Shown piece after piece: positions 1 to 11,301 of a stretch of 64,000 nt of DNA. Below the pieces are notes generated by a model, which made no database searches, was not told where the DNA came from, and saw nothing but the letters and a program-made list of their open reading frames with translations. Position numbers and translations under genes: made by a program. Position 1 is the first letter of the stretch. Every line of letters starts with the position of its first letter. This DNA comes from Psammoneis japonica (lineage: Eukaryota). The stretch is from assembly GCA_008632985.1 (NCBI GenBank), contig QPGO01000280.1, forward strand, positions 1 through 64,000. Reading direction: 5' to 3'.

Positions 1-1090
1 GTTGCCACTGTCAAATCGCTGAAGGTGACCCCCAACACACTGGGCAGCACACTGAGCGTCATCTTTGTTCTCCACAGTGGAAAGGTTGAAGCCATCTGTC
101 AGGGATTCCAGTTGTTCCAACAGGGCATTTGCATGTTCACAATCCGTCTTGAACAGCAGCTTTTGTAACTGAGTTCCGACAATCTCTCTGTTGTGCGACA
201 GATGGTCAAACATTGTGTTTGTGATGGGCACCGAATGCCTTCTCAGTTTGTCCACCAAATCTTTGCCAATGTTGCAATCCTGCCAATCACCAATGAACAC
301 AACACCATTGCCAGTGTCATCCAAGAGGAATTCCCGCTCATTTTCCAAGTTGAAGTGTTCGAAAGGAAAACCGGCAATGTGAGATCCTGCCTCATTGAGC
401 TTTAACACACCTCACAATCATTCTGGGCAACCCAACCAGACTTGGTGTTTCTCAGACAATCTTCGTCTTTCCTCCAACATTTCTCCTTGGGAAGACCTTG
501 GTGTTCAGTGCAAAGCTTTTTGGTGCATGACGTGAACCAAAATCACGGTCAGTTGCAAAATCCACTGTCTGCATCTCGGAGAGAGGTCTTTTTCCTTTTC
601 TGTTGTTCCAGGCTTTGCAACACCTGATCCACCATTGCGGCTCCAACCTTGAGCAATCACTCCATTCACACCAAAATCTTTGGCAACAGTCCCTCGAAAT
701 GAACGGTCAAACTTTGCAGCAAGTGAAAACTCTCATGCTGGCCCACTGCTCAGCCCCTGTTCAACAATGGCTCTGATCTGCATTGACAAACCTGATCCAA
801 GAATTCTTTCATCAAACTTGCACGACCTGAAGACGACATTGTTGGCAATTCCCTCCATTGTGTCCAGGTTCAAAATGAATGGACGAGTTGGATCGCGTGC
901 CTGGTGCGGGTGGTTGGCATCCGAATGTAGAATCTCTGCCTTGCACTGAAGGCACCGACACATTTGCTCCAAAGCATTCGGACCCATCGCGCCATGTGCC
1001 ATTGCATGTGGCTTGAAGTGGATGACAAGGGAACACCTTGTTCCCTCCCTGCCTGGTTTTTCAACAAATGGGACGTCATTGTCGAGTGCA

Positions 1091-2323
1091 TCAGATGGCT
1101 TGTTGGACTTCCAGCAGGGTTGTTTCAGGTGGAATTTTCGCTTGAGTTCTCTTTTGTTGTTCGAATTGTCGCCAATGCTTTTGCGGCGCATTGACAACAA
1201 AGCCCAGTTCTTGCCACCCACCCCATGTGGTTTGGTCCTTCTGCCTCCAACAGCTGACAAGATCAGCACTGCACTGTTTGATTTGCTGGAGGAGAGATTC
1301 TTCCTTGGTTTTCTTGCTGTTTTTTGTTCCACATGCTGAGTCAGGTGTGTCTTTGTGGTCAAGATCAAACTGCACAGCATTCTGGATGGGAGCTGGCCTG
1401 CAATGTGGGCATTGCAGAAAATGCTTGTGTCTCTTGAGACTGCATGTTGGACAATGCACACAGTTGTCACCGGTGAAAACTGGAACATGGCAAGGGTCCT
1501 TTCTTCTTCCAGTTGGTCCGATGTGTTTGACTGGACCCTCAAAATCTGGAAAATGCACCAACGTAGCTTCGCCTGTTTGTGTGAGCCGTTTCACTTCTTT
1601 GTGTTTTAACTCATGATCCTCGGTGCACTCTTCCCTTGCACAAAACTTTCCGCAGGCAGAGATGTCTGCTTGTGCCTCGTCTTGAAGGATGGGGACCTCA
1701 TCGTGTGCTTGCTCTTCACGCAAGAAGCAAATCAGGCACTCTTCCGACATGCGTTGTTTCTTCCATTCAATCCAAAACTCGGAAAAAGCAAGATTGCATG
1801 CAGGCAAAAAGAATGTCCCATCATCCATCAGTGACAGCAGCAGCTCCCTGAGTGCATCTTGGAAAAAAGGTCCCTTCAGAACTGAAGCCGAGAGATGTGC
1901 CAGGTTTGAACACACACAGTCAAAGCAAATGTGATCGAACTTTGTCTCTTTGGACAATCTCTTCCATTCCGCTGATCTGTGCAAATGTAGAACATCGCAC
2001 TCCATGTGCTTTGGTGAGGAAGTGCAGCGCATCCTCTCATCAATTGTGTGGAAGTCACATCCAAGATCCTGCAGGCGTTGAGTTTGAATGCTGTCGTGTG
2101 CATCTTTGTTGCTTCCATTTAAATCACCACCAACTTCCATGCCAGCTGCCAACAATCTGCCAGCATCAATTGGATGTTCGTCGTCCATGTCCTCCGTCTC
2201 CACCCATGTTGCGTCATTGTCATGGGCAGCCTCCTCAACTGAGTTGATGCTGGTGGCGATTGTTTGACTTTGAGCTTTGCTTTCATTCTGGGAGACATCA
2301 ACAAGCATTTTGTCAGGAGACAT
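1091..2323 (-). pseudogene. Degenerate ORF of unknown function (410 aa) with a possible Rossmann/methyltransferase-like segment and a CxxC..CxxC zinc ribbon
   Basis: Long ORF with no Tyr. Segments GCDFHTID..KFDHICFDC..DDGTFFLP and CPTC..CPHC. No family confidently recognised. Confidence 0.3.
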
Positions 2324-2622
2324 TTTTGTCAGGCAGGGAACAGATGGGAAATGGAAGCAGTGTGGCAGATGAAATTCCTTGCCAGCAAAACTTCTTCACT
2401 CTCTGCACCAGTCAAAATTTGATGTTTGTCATCCATGACATCCGTCTCCGCCCATGTTGTGTCATTGTTGCAGTCATGGGTGGCCTCCACACCGGAATCA
2501 ATGCCAGTTGCAATCACCGGACTTTCAGCTTTGCTTTCATTCTAGGACACATCAACAAGAATTTTGTTGGGTGAGGAACAGATGGGAAATGGAAGTGGTG
2601 CACAAGATGCAATCCCTTGCCT
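2170..2622. repeat. Diverged tandem duplication, unit about 240 bp
   Basis: ccgtctcc.cccatgttg.gtcattgt, agctttgctttcattct.g..acatcaacaag.attttgt and gaacagatgggaaatggaag each occur twice, about 240-250 bp apart. Confidence 0.75.
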
Positions 2623-3360
2623 GAACCGCTGTGGATCTTTTGCATTTTTTGGTTTGGAAGCAGCGCGCATTGATGATTTTTCTGCATGCCTTTTTTTCTT
2701 TCATTGAGCCAGCTCTGGGAGGGCTGCCTCCTTCAAAGCCAATCCAGCACAGCTTGGGTGTGCCGGCCATTTTGCAAATTCACTGAGGTGGTTTGGGTTG
2801 CATGCATTGCTCTTCCTGCTGCTCTCAAACGCAAAGATTTTTGCATCAAACATCATCAGCATGATGCCGCGGATCAAGTGGTCTGTCAAACCCCTTTTTT
2901 TGAGTGACAAATGAGCATGACCGCGTTTGTTCACCCAACGTGCGGGAGAACAATGTAGCCTCAATTTGGTGTCAAGGCTGTTTTCTGTGCCAAATGGGGC
3001 CAGATGCACCGGCGGGGAACAACGGCCAGATGGAACGTTGGTCAATGCTGTTTTGGGACATGGCAGCGGCAAAGCAACATCAGGTTGAGTCAGGTGGAAT
3101 GTCGTTGGGAAAGAAGTGCAATGCACTGGATGAAAAAGAGATTCGTCGGCTCCATTTTGGCAGTGTGGCGCAACAGATGAGGGACTGGGCAGCATTCTTT
3201 GGGGTGGAATCATGTTGAGGTTGTTGTTTTCCCAATGTTGTCTGTTCACTGCTCAACATGCATTGATCAGCAACTTGGACAAGATTTGGGAGAATGTGGT
3301 TTGCTGCGGGAGATGTGCTTCACATCATGACAATGCACAGGCTGGTGTCAAGTGTGCAAA

Positions 3361-3512
3361 CAAAAAAGTGATGCCAAAGGGATCTGTCAACAGATGTGTG
3401 CATCAATGAAAAAGTGACACCAAAATCTTCTGTTGACAAATGTGTGCAACAACAGAAAAGTGACACCAAATTGCTCTGTTGACAGATGGGTGCATTGACA
3501 AAAAAGTGATGC
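3361..3512. repeat. Minisatellite, about 47-bp unit, 3 copies plus a partial copy
   Basis: aaaagtga(t/c)(g/a)ccaaa...ctgt(c/t)(a/g)aca(g/a)atg(t/g)gtgca is repeated. Confidence 0.75.
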
Positions 3513-3935
3513 CTGTCATTTGCAATTGTTCATCATGTGCATTGTTCCAAAAGAGTTTGTTTGTGGCATGGAATGAACAGTGGATGGTGGCTGTTCCTTT
3601 GTGTCTGCCGCGGTGTCGACATGAAAATGTCACACAACACCAACAAGATGGCGTGCAACCAAATTGTTTTCTGCGCTTTTGAGACAGCCAGGATGACCCA
3701 TTCAATGAGATCATGCAGCAAACAGGATGGACGAAGATCATGTCACATGGGACTGTTTGCAAAAAAAATGTCTGTGGTGCACCCAACAGATGGACTGCCA
3801 TTGGCAGCACACATTTCGCGAGAAAGCCGTGTTTGTTGCACAGCAATGGATGCGGACTTTTGCTGAATTGGGTGTGCTCCACTTAAAAAAAAAGACTGGG
3901 TGCCATTTGATTTGTGGAGCCGGCATGTTCAGAGA

Positions 3936-4706
3936 ATGGCGCCAAAGTGTTCTGTTGATGGGTGCCGGAAATTTGCCCGCTGGCTGACAATGTCATGTCA
4001 GAAACATGGCAAGTCACTGACACACCCGGGTGAAATGAAATCTCATGTCGTCAAGAGCAAGACGGCCGGGTCCAAAGAAAGAGTGCACCAGGAAGGAAAA
4101 AAAGGCCACTTGCAAAAATTCAAAACACCACAACCCCCACTCAACCAGATGACAACACTGGCAAACAAGGCACCAAGTGGCAAGCAAGAGAAGGAAGGAT
4201 GCTGTTTTGTCGGTGAGTTTGCCATTGACAAAAAGGACAAGGCGGAAGGCATTGAGTTGGCAGAAAAAATGTTGGAGCAAATTCCTGGCTTTCCCCCAGC
4301 AGGTGATTCATGCAGAAAGATGTCCCGGCACACAGTGGCAAGTGCTCTTGCTTCAAGTTCAAGATCAAACTTCTGGTCAAAGGGGGAAATTCATCGCAAT
4401 TGCGTGGAAACAGAATCATTGCCTGGCAACAAAATTTTCACCATGTTTCTGTTCCTTGATGACACAACGGAGGACAATGGTGCAGTTGAGACATGGCCGG
4501 ATGGTTGTGAGGTGACATTGAATGAGAAGGAACATGAAAGACACTTGGTCAGGTTGGGTTTGGAAAAACAATTGCTGGTTGGAGAAGCAGGCGCTGCATT
4601 TGTTTTTGATGCAAGAATGTTGCGCTGAGCTTTGCCCAACAAAACAAACTTGGATCTGAGGAACATGGCATGTCCAGTCCACAATTTTGACATGGCAAGC
4701 ATGTGA
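3936..4706 (+). pseudogene. N-terminal CxxxxC..CxxHG zinc finger fused to a PhyH-like 2OG-Fe(II) dioxygenase domain; in-frame TGA at 4626
   Basis: KCSVDGCRKFA..CQKHG; IHRNC..FLFLDDTTEDNGAVETWP..GEAGAAFVFDARMLR*ALPNKT. This matches the HxD / LDD.T..NG / G..G...FD...H...N pattern of PhyH-family enzymes. Confidence 0.6.
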
Positions 4707-7700
4707 ACAAGCAGTTGTTGGAATGCAAAACCAGCCAAGTGGCAAGTCAGTGGAGGTAAAAAGTGGGTTTGTGAAAAGGGCTGGTTGACAATGCACTGCT
4801 TGCACAGAAGAAAGTTGCATTAAAAACAAAGGGGAATTGCAAAGTTGCCCAATTTTGGCAGGCTTGAATTTTTGTTTGATGTCAGACCCTGGGTCGTTCC
4901 AAGTGGAGTGCCTTGGCTCCACAGCATCGTCTTTTTTCTTGGTGTGCTTGTGAAGCAGGTGCCTGTCAACACCGCCTTCCCATGACAGATTGTCTGGATG
5001 GGCAGGAACAAAGAATGCTTCATGCCTCCATTTGCGGGCATGCACACAAAACATCACATCCAGCGAAACAACGACAGTGCCTTCAGGACACTCGTTGGAC
5101 AGTGTCTCCTCAAGTTGGTTCTGTGTCGCGTTGTTGTCAAAAAGCATTTGCCCATTGCAGTTGTTGAAGAAAATCTTTAAGTTGTTCAGACGGTGCAACC
5201 GACACACAGCGTTGCACCATGCTTGAAGAGCGAGTGTGAAGGAAGGTAGAATCAAGTGTGAAAAGTGAAAATCATGAGATTAAATTTCACTCTGTGATTT
5301 TTGGTTTTTCCAAACAAGTTCTCAATGGCCTGAAGCTTCTGCACTGCTTCCACAGACAAAAGGCCTTTCGGAGAATGTGTTCGTGACAACAGATTGTCCG
5401 GATGCCATTGCCATTGACACGTGCATCAATCGATCGCACTTGCAATTTTTGACATCCGATCAACTCTGTGTGATCGTTCTGTCCTTTGCACGCATCCATG
5501 ACTGTGGTGCAATTGACGTGTGAGTGACGCATGATTGTGAATGTGCACACAACAGTTGCACACTGCGCTTGCCTCCCCAGTTGCACACTGGAGTCATTTG
5601 TTGAGTGGAGCAATTCAACGGACATTGACGTGTCAATGATGTCTCCACATTGACTGCACTGTGCCATTGGCAATGACTGTTGTTGTTTTGCGTGGGCCAG
5701 CACAGGGCCGCTTCAATTTCCAAATGTCTTTCGAGAGTGTCGTGGTTTTTCTCATGCTCTGTGTGTGTGTGTGATGCTCCACGTGCACACATGCACAAAT
5801 GTGCTGCAGTGTTGCGTCAAGCTTTCTCTCTGACATTGTTTTGTTCATGAGGACACAAGGACCAAATGTCCTGCTGTTCTTTCATGGCATTGATTGCACA
5901 CGGCATTTTGCCCAGCACTCAATGTGCACTCTTGTTTGTGGTGTTCACTTGCTTGCTTGTGGATTTCGTGCAGTTTGGCGGCTTGCTTCACATGCCACAT
6001 TGCTCTGCTGCACTGCCGCGTTTCATGAGCAGCAATTGACGATGGTCAAGGATGTGACCATTTCGTCTTGATGACGATCCTGTGATGGTTGTGAACTCCA
6101 TTGTGGATTTTTTGCACTTCAGCCATCCATCAGTTGGATTTTAATCATCATTTGGACGTTTCTTTTTGACACACTGGTGTCGCTTTGTCATTCCAAAGGC
6201 ACTGCTTTTGTGCACTGGTGGACAAATGTCCATTTTTCTTTCATTTTTCTGAATCTTTGGCACATCTCGTGTGTCAACATGATGCACATTTTAATGTTTT
6301 GCCTTGTGCATTGTACAATTCAACCGCGTGGGTGTTGTGAGATTGTCTTTTGCCAGTGTGAAGTGGACACTGCACAGTCATGTGCTGCACCAATCTGTCA
6401 CAGAGTTTTTTTTCTAACCATCCTTTGTGCAAGACAATTTTGTCCTTGTGACATGAGCATTTTACGATCTCACTCGCCTCCACAAAAAGTGTTTGTGTGA
6501 TGTGTTGCGTCCGACAATTTGGAGGGAATGTCTTTGTCCCGTTTCAATGGCATTTTAATTCAGGACTGAAGTTTTCTGTTGTAAGTTGCCAATGCATGAC
6601 TTTGTCCGTTGTGTCTTGTGATCCGCACATGTGTCAATCTGTTGGCCAAACAGCACATTTCGGAATTTTGCAAGTGTTTCACTGTGGACAGAAGTTCTTT
6701 TTTCCATTGCAACATGTGACATTGAAATTCATGCATGACAACAACACAGTTTTTGATTTGATGCGCTCCACATTTTCGGAGACTTTTTGTTCCGCACTTG
6801 TGCTTTTGCTGTTTGACCTTTGTTGAGGTGAATTTGGCTGGCACTGCACAGGAGATCATTGAGACTGCATGTCTTGACAGTGGCAACATGTGATGACGAG
6901 ATGTCGCAGTGTTCTTTGCATTTTTCTTGTGTTGCAATTGCTTGAATGGCCTCCATTTTCTTTCTGATCAAATGCACGTCATTGTGCATGGAGGTCTTGA
7001 CAGTTTGTCTCAAGTTGAACAGTGAAGGACTTTAGTTGTTGACCTTCTGGGTGACTGTTCCAGTCATTTGAATGCCGTGTTGAGCTGTCACTTGCACAGG
7101 CGACATTTTGAAGTCACTTTTTGTCAGGCACAAACAATCATTTGCAATCATTCTGACAGCCATGAGTTCGATCATGTGTTGCACAAGAACATCTGGGGCT
7201 CTGTGGCTTCTCGTTGGAAGTCCACAGCACTCATTTTTCCCCACGGCATGATTTTCGTGCTGTCACGACATGTGCTTTTTTAATTTGATGTGACAGTGTC
7301 CCACATTCAAATCAAGCAAGGTCGCACACATGAAACCTTCTAGTTTCTGAAGCATGTCCTGAACATTTGGCAGAGGATGCGGTGTGTGCACTGGCCTCTC
7401 ACTCAGTTCACGAAAGTTGGACAGAAACCAAGCTTCGACCATTTTTCTGTTTTTTTAAAGGTTGGAGCTGTCCATTCAGAACAGCCCATTTTCCTTTAAA
7501 CTTTTAGCTTGCAGAGCCTTTCAATCTCCTTACGAGTCGCCTCCAAGGATTGTGGAAACAGGAAACCTTTTGCGTGATGCGGTTTTGAGCCAGATTTCAC
7601 TGCAAGGTTTTCCGGTCCACTCGCCCAGAGAACCATTAAAAAGAGATTTAAATCTTTTCAAAGGGAAAGATCAATTGCTTCTGCTCCTCTGGAGTCAGAT

Positions 7701-7869
7701 GAGTTGCCACAGCTGTCACATTTTTGAGATTGGCAGCGTGACAATGTGAGTCGAGGACCATTGGCTCTGTTGTTGACTCTGTTCACGGTGTCACATTTTT
7801 CAATGTGATCGGCACTCAGCTGGAAACGTTGGCTTTGAAGAGTGGATCTGCAACACACAGCCACTGACA

Positions 7870-8293
7870 AGAGCCAACGCATCACGGCGACGTGTCACAG
7901 CCTTTAAATGTCACAAAGGGTGTGACAAAAACAACCTTTTGTCTGCATGCATGCTGCGTTGTGAATTCACATCGGAGTGGTTCATCGCAACCATTGGGCA
8001 GGAGGCCAGGGGTTCGAAACCCTGAGTGGGAGTTGTCTGCAGCAACGTTGATCACTGTCAAACGCGCAAAACTCTGTGCAGTTCTGCACGCTCCTTTGCA
8101 CGTACCCACACTGTTCCACCAAAAATGTGCAGTGTCGTGCACATTGGCAAAGAGCTGCATGGACGCGTGACACATGGGGAGGAGCGCAACACACAGCTGC
8201 CAACAAGAGTTCATGTGTCACGGTGACGTGTCACAGCCTTTAAATGTCACAAAGGGCATGACAAAAATGACCTTTTGTCTGCATGCACACTGC
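7870..8293. repeat. Dispersed repeat X (about 300 bp), followed by a second copy of its first ~75 bp. An inverted homolog is split at 32905-33062 plus 49821-49977.
   Basis: cacgg(c/t)gacgtgtcacagcctttaaatgtcacaaaggg at about 7883 and 8219. The reverse complement of 7870-8174 matches the two flanks of the CoDi-2 element. Confidence 0.75.
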
Positions 8294-9152
8294 AGGATCA
8301 ACATTCTTCACAGATGCAGTTGCTTCTTCCTCTTTGATTTCTTCACTTGCATGGTCCAATGTGATTTCAAGACTGGACATTAAGTCACGTCTCATGATCA
8401 CATCACACGGACTTGAAGAAGAGTTGTTGTTGTCAACATGTGCTGTTTGAACATCAGCATGTCTTAAATTTGCACAGTGAGAACTGAGTTCGGTGTTTGC
8501 CATCAGCTGTAAAGAGCTCACCCTTGGTTTCACAAGTTTTTGATGGCAGATTCTTGTGTTCTCAACTTTCGCATGAATTTGCGCAAAATTGTGGTTGACG
8601 ATGTTCCGTCATCGACAGGAACATGCAGATGTTTTTTTCTCTCCTTTCCCAAGGAAGTGTGCACACAAATGATGACTCCTGGACTGGTGTGAATTGTTTC
8701 TGCCTTTTTTCTGGGCTTCCTGACATCCAGCAGAGCATGGAATTTGTGGGTGGACCCAAATTGTTTTTCGGATTCACTCTGGATCATCCAACAATCAAAT
8801 TGGTGATTTTCTTCACTGAGGGTGTCAGAATCCAATTCTTTGCCCTTGTGAACCTTTTGTTCACTTTGGATCATTCAGGCACCACACAGGAGACCATTTT
8901 TGGAACCAAATTTGGGGCCATTGTGGTTTTTAAATCTGTTCCACCATCAGAGCCTGATTTGACATGGTTTGTTGTCACAGACGTCATGAACGACTTCTGG
9001 ACGACTCAAAACTCAATCAGCTCATCAAGAGCATGTTCCAGCATTTCAGTGTTTTGGACAGTCGACTGATGCCGCCATCCTTGCGGTGCGAGTGACAGCC
9101 AACAGCTCACGGCTCAGTTTCCCACTAGATTCAACTTAGAATCGATTGAAGG

Positions 9153-9336
9153 TGAACAAACGCTGATGTGCTGTCACAAACACAGGCAGTTTATGTGCCA
9201 TTGGGGATTGGTCCACTGTCGCTTGTTTGGCGGTCCCAGCAGAGCAACTTTTCACAATTCTGGAACCTGCCGATGCTGTTCAACACTCTGTGTTGTCTTG
9301 CACCCAATTCTCAGCTGTCATGGCAGCATTTGTTCA
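9153..9336 (+). repeat. 5' LTR of CoDi-1
   Basis: Starts TGAACA and ends TGTTCA. Homologous to 16112-16295, 33063-33246, 48444-48627 and 49637-49820. Confidence 0.9.
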
Positions 9337-9349
9337 CTTCATCAGAGCC
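9337..9349 (+). promoter_or_regulatory. Primer-binding-site-like motif (partial match to the tRNA-iMet PBS TGGTATCAGAGC)
   Basis: cttcatcagagcc directly after the LTR. Copy 2 has ctttgtcagagcc, implying ancestral ctttatcagagcc. Confidence 0.55.
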
Positions 9350-9936
9350 AATGCGCTGTGATGTTCATTGCCTGGAACGGGCATTGCGAACGGCACAATG
9401 GCATTGTTGCGATCGATCAATTTTTGCAGCAAGCGCCATGTTGGTCCCATGGTTGCTTGCACGATCGCTGAGTCCTTTGTGCACGTCAATGTTCATGGAC
9501 ACCAACGACATGCTCTTGGAGACCAGAGCTGTGATCCGTTGGACATGACGTCAGTGGACAGAATGTTTGATCACGTGGATGGAGTGTGTTGGCTGAGACA
9601 CACAAACATTCGTGACAAAGACAACACAATGATTTGTGCATTGGGTTTGTTTTGACCACACACATTCAGTTAATCAAAGCACGTTGTCAAACTCTTTAGA
9701 CACTGTGCATGCAGATGCATGTCTGTTGCTGATCATTGCTCAGGAGCAACACCGCCTGCTCGTGGGTTTGCCAAGCAGAAACTGCCAAATCGGCACGAGA
9801 ACCACACATTTTTCTCACTTTTCTCCACTCACACAAGTGGATGCTCACGCGTCGAAACGCAAACAACCATTGACACACCACAGCCGCTGCCGCAGCCTTT
9901 GCCGCTTGTCTTGCACATTGTGGATGCAATGCGCAG

Positions 9937-11301
9937 ATGCGCACCCACATGGCCCGTCAAGGCTTTGCTGCTGTCGAGGACTTGGAACAGGTCCCCATGA
10001 CAGAAATTGCTGACATGACTGAGGGCATTGTGAAAAGCGTGGATGCCGCCGCCAACCCCCAAGTCCGCTTCCCACACCTGGCGAATCGCAAGCTCAAGGC
10101 ACTGCGTGCATGGATTGACTGCCGCAGGGCCCGAAACCAAGAGCCGACCGCTGCTCTTTTCGCTGGCAACGTTGTTGGAACATGGACGGCACATCTCACA
10201 GAACTAGAGCAATTCAAGTCAGCAGACTCGGACGACGAATCGGCCTCCAAAACAGCCGTGGAGCTCAAGAATCTGTGTGGCTGGCCCACCATCCAAGAGT
10301 CACTGGAGACCAAACTGCGCCACCACCGCAGTGCCGTCACCAGCATGCCCCTTGTCTGCTCAACTGGGGAGCACTAAGACATCACCGCCAAAATGTTGGC
10401 TGCCACCTGCACTGCCATTGACGAGGACCTCATTGCCACCACTCGACTTGCAGGAGCTCAGCACACTCAGGATGGGCAACACCTGCATGATCTCTTGAAG
10501 AAGTCAGTGATGGGGGGGCCCGGATGGGCTTTTGTCAAGCCTTCCAATCACAATCGCGATGGTCGAACTGTTTTCTTTGCACTTGAGAGGCAGGCGGAAG
10601 GATCGGCTGCCACCACCACCCAAAAGAACCGTGCTTGTGCACAGATTGCCACTGCAAAGCACACCGGATGGGGTCGATTCACTTTTGACCAGTGCACTCA
10701 ACACCATCAAAAGGCTCACAACGACTTGTCTGAGCTTGATGAACCAGCAGCCGAGACCAAGAAGGTCTCTGACTTTCCAAAGGGTGTCTCTGACCCCAGG
10801 TTGGAAACTGGCAAGAGTGCAGTGGACGGCAACCCAACGAAGCTCGCGGATTTCGAAGCATGCCAGCAGCACATGAAGACTCTGGTGGAAAATGCTAAGA
10901 ACCGCAATGCTGACACTTGTGGAATCGCGTCCATCCAATGCTGCAACAACCGGCGCGGAAACCCTGGTGGAAAGCACCAACCCAAAGAGGATGAGCCCAG
11001 GATCCGGGCAGGCCACCATCCTGTTGAAGAGTGGAGTGCTCTTGACGGTCCTGAGCAAGAGCAAGTTAAGAAGCTTCGCAATGCCAAGAAAGCCAAAAAG
11101 AAATGCAAAGCTGCAGCTGTGTCCTCAGAGGCTGAATGGGTTGACACCGAAACGCGCGCTGTTAAGAAAGTGGCTGTTGCCGAGCCTGATTCTCAACCTG
11201 CTGATGAACAAAAGGACTCCGAAGAGTCCAACAAACCTGCCACCAATGCAGGCACGCAGTTCGGACGTGGCGCACATGAGAAACCTCAGAAGGAGGAATG
11301 A
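9937..11301 (+). pseudogene. gag: CoDi-1 gag-like ORF (internal stop at 10375-10377)
   Basis: Lies after the PBS. GGPGWAFVK..RDGR..AEG and FTFDQ..HQKAHNDL..KKVSDF motifs. Collinear with 38733-39848. Confidence 0.75.

Noticed and set aside
3361..3512. CRISPR-like array
   Set aside because: The units are degenerate tandem repeats without unique spacers, there are no cas genes, and the context is eukaryotic.
5760..5773. (TG)n tract as a converted (TA)n microsatellite
   Set aside because: Too short, and no ancestral copy is available to test this.
4416..9070. Several minus-strand ORF remnants (4416-5255, 5287-5798, 6560-7244, 8240-8874)
   Set aside because: Probably decayed coding DNA, but I recognise no motif, so no product is assigned.
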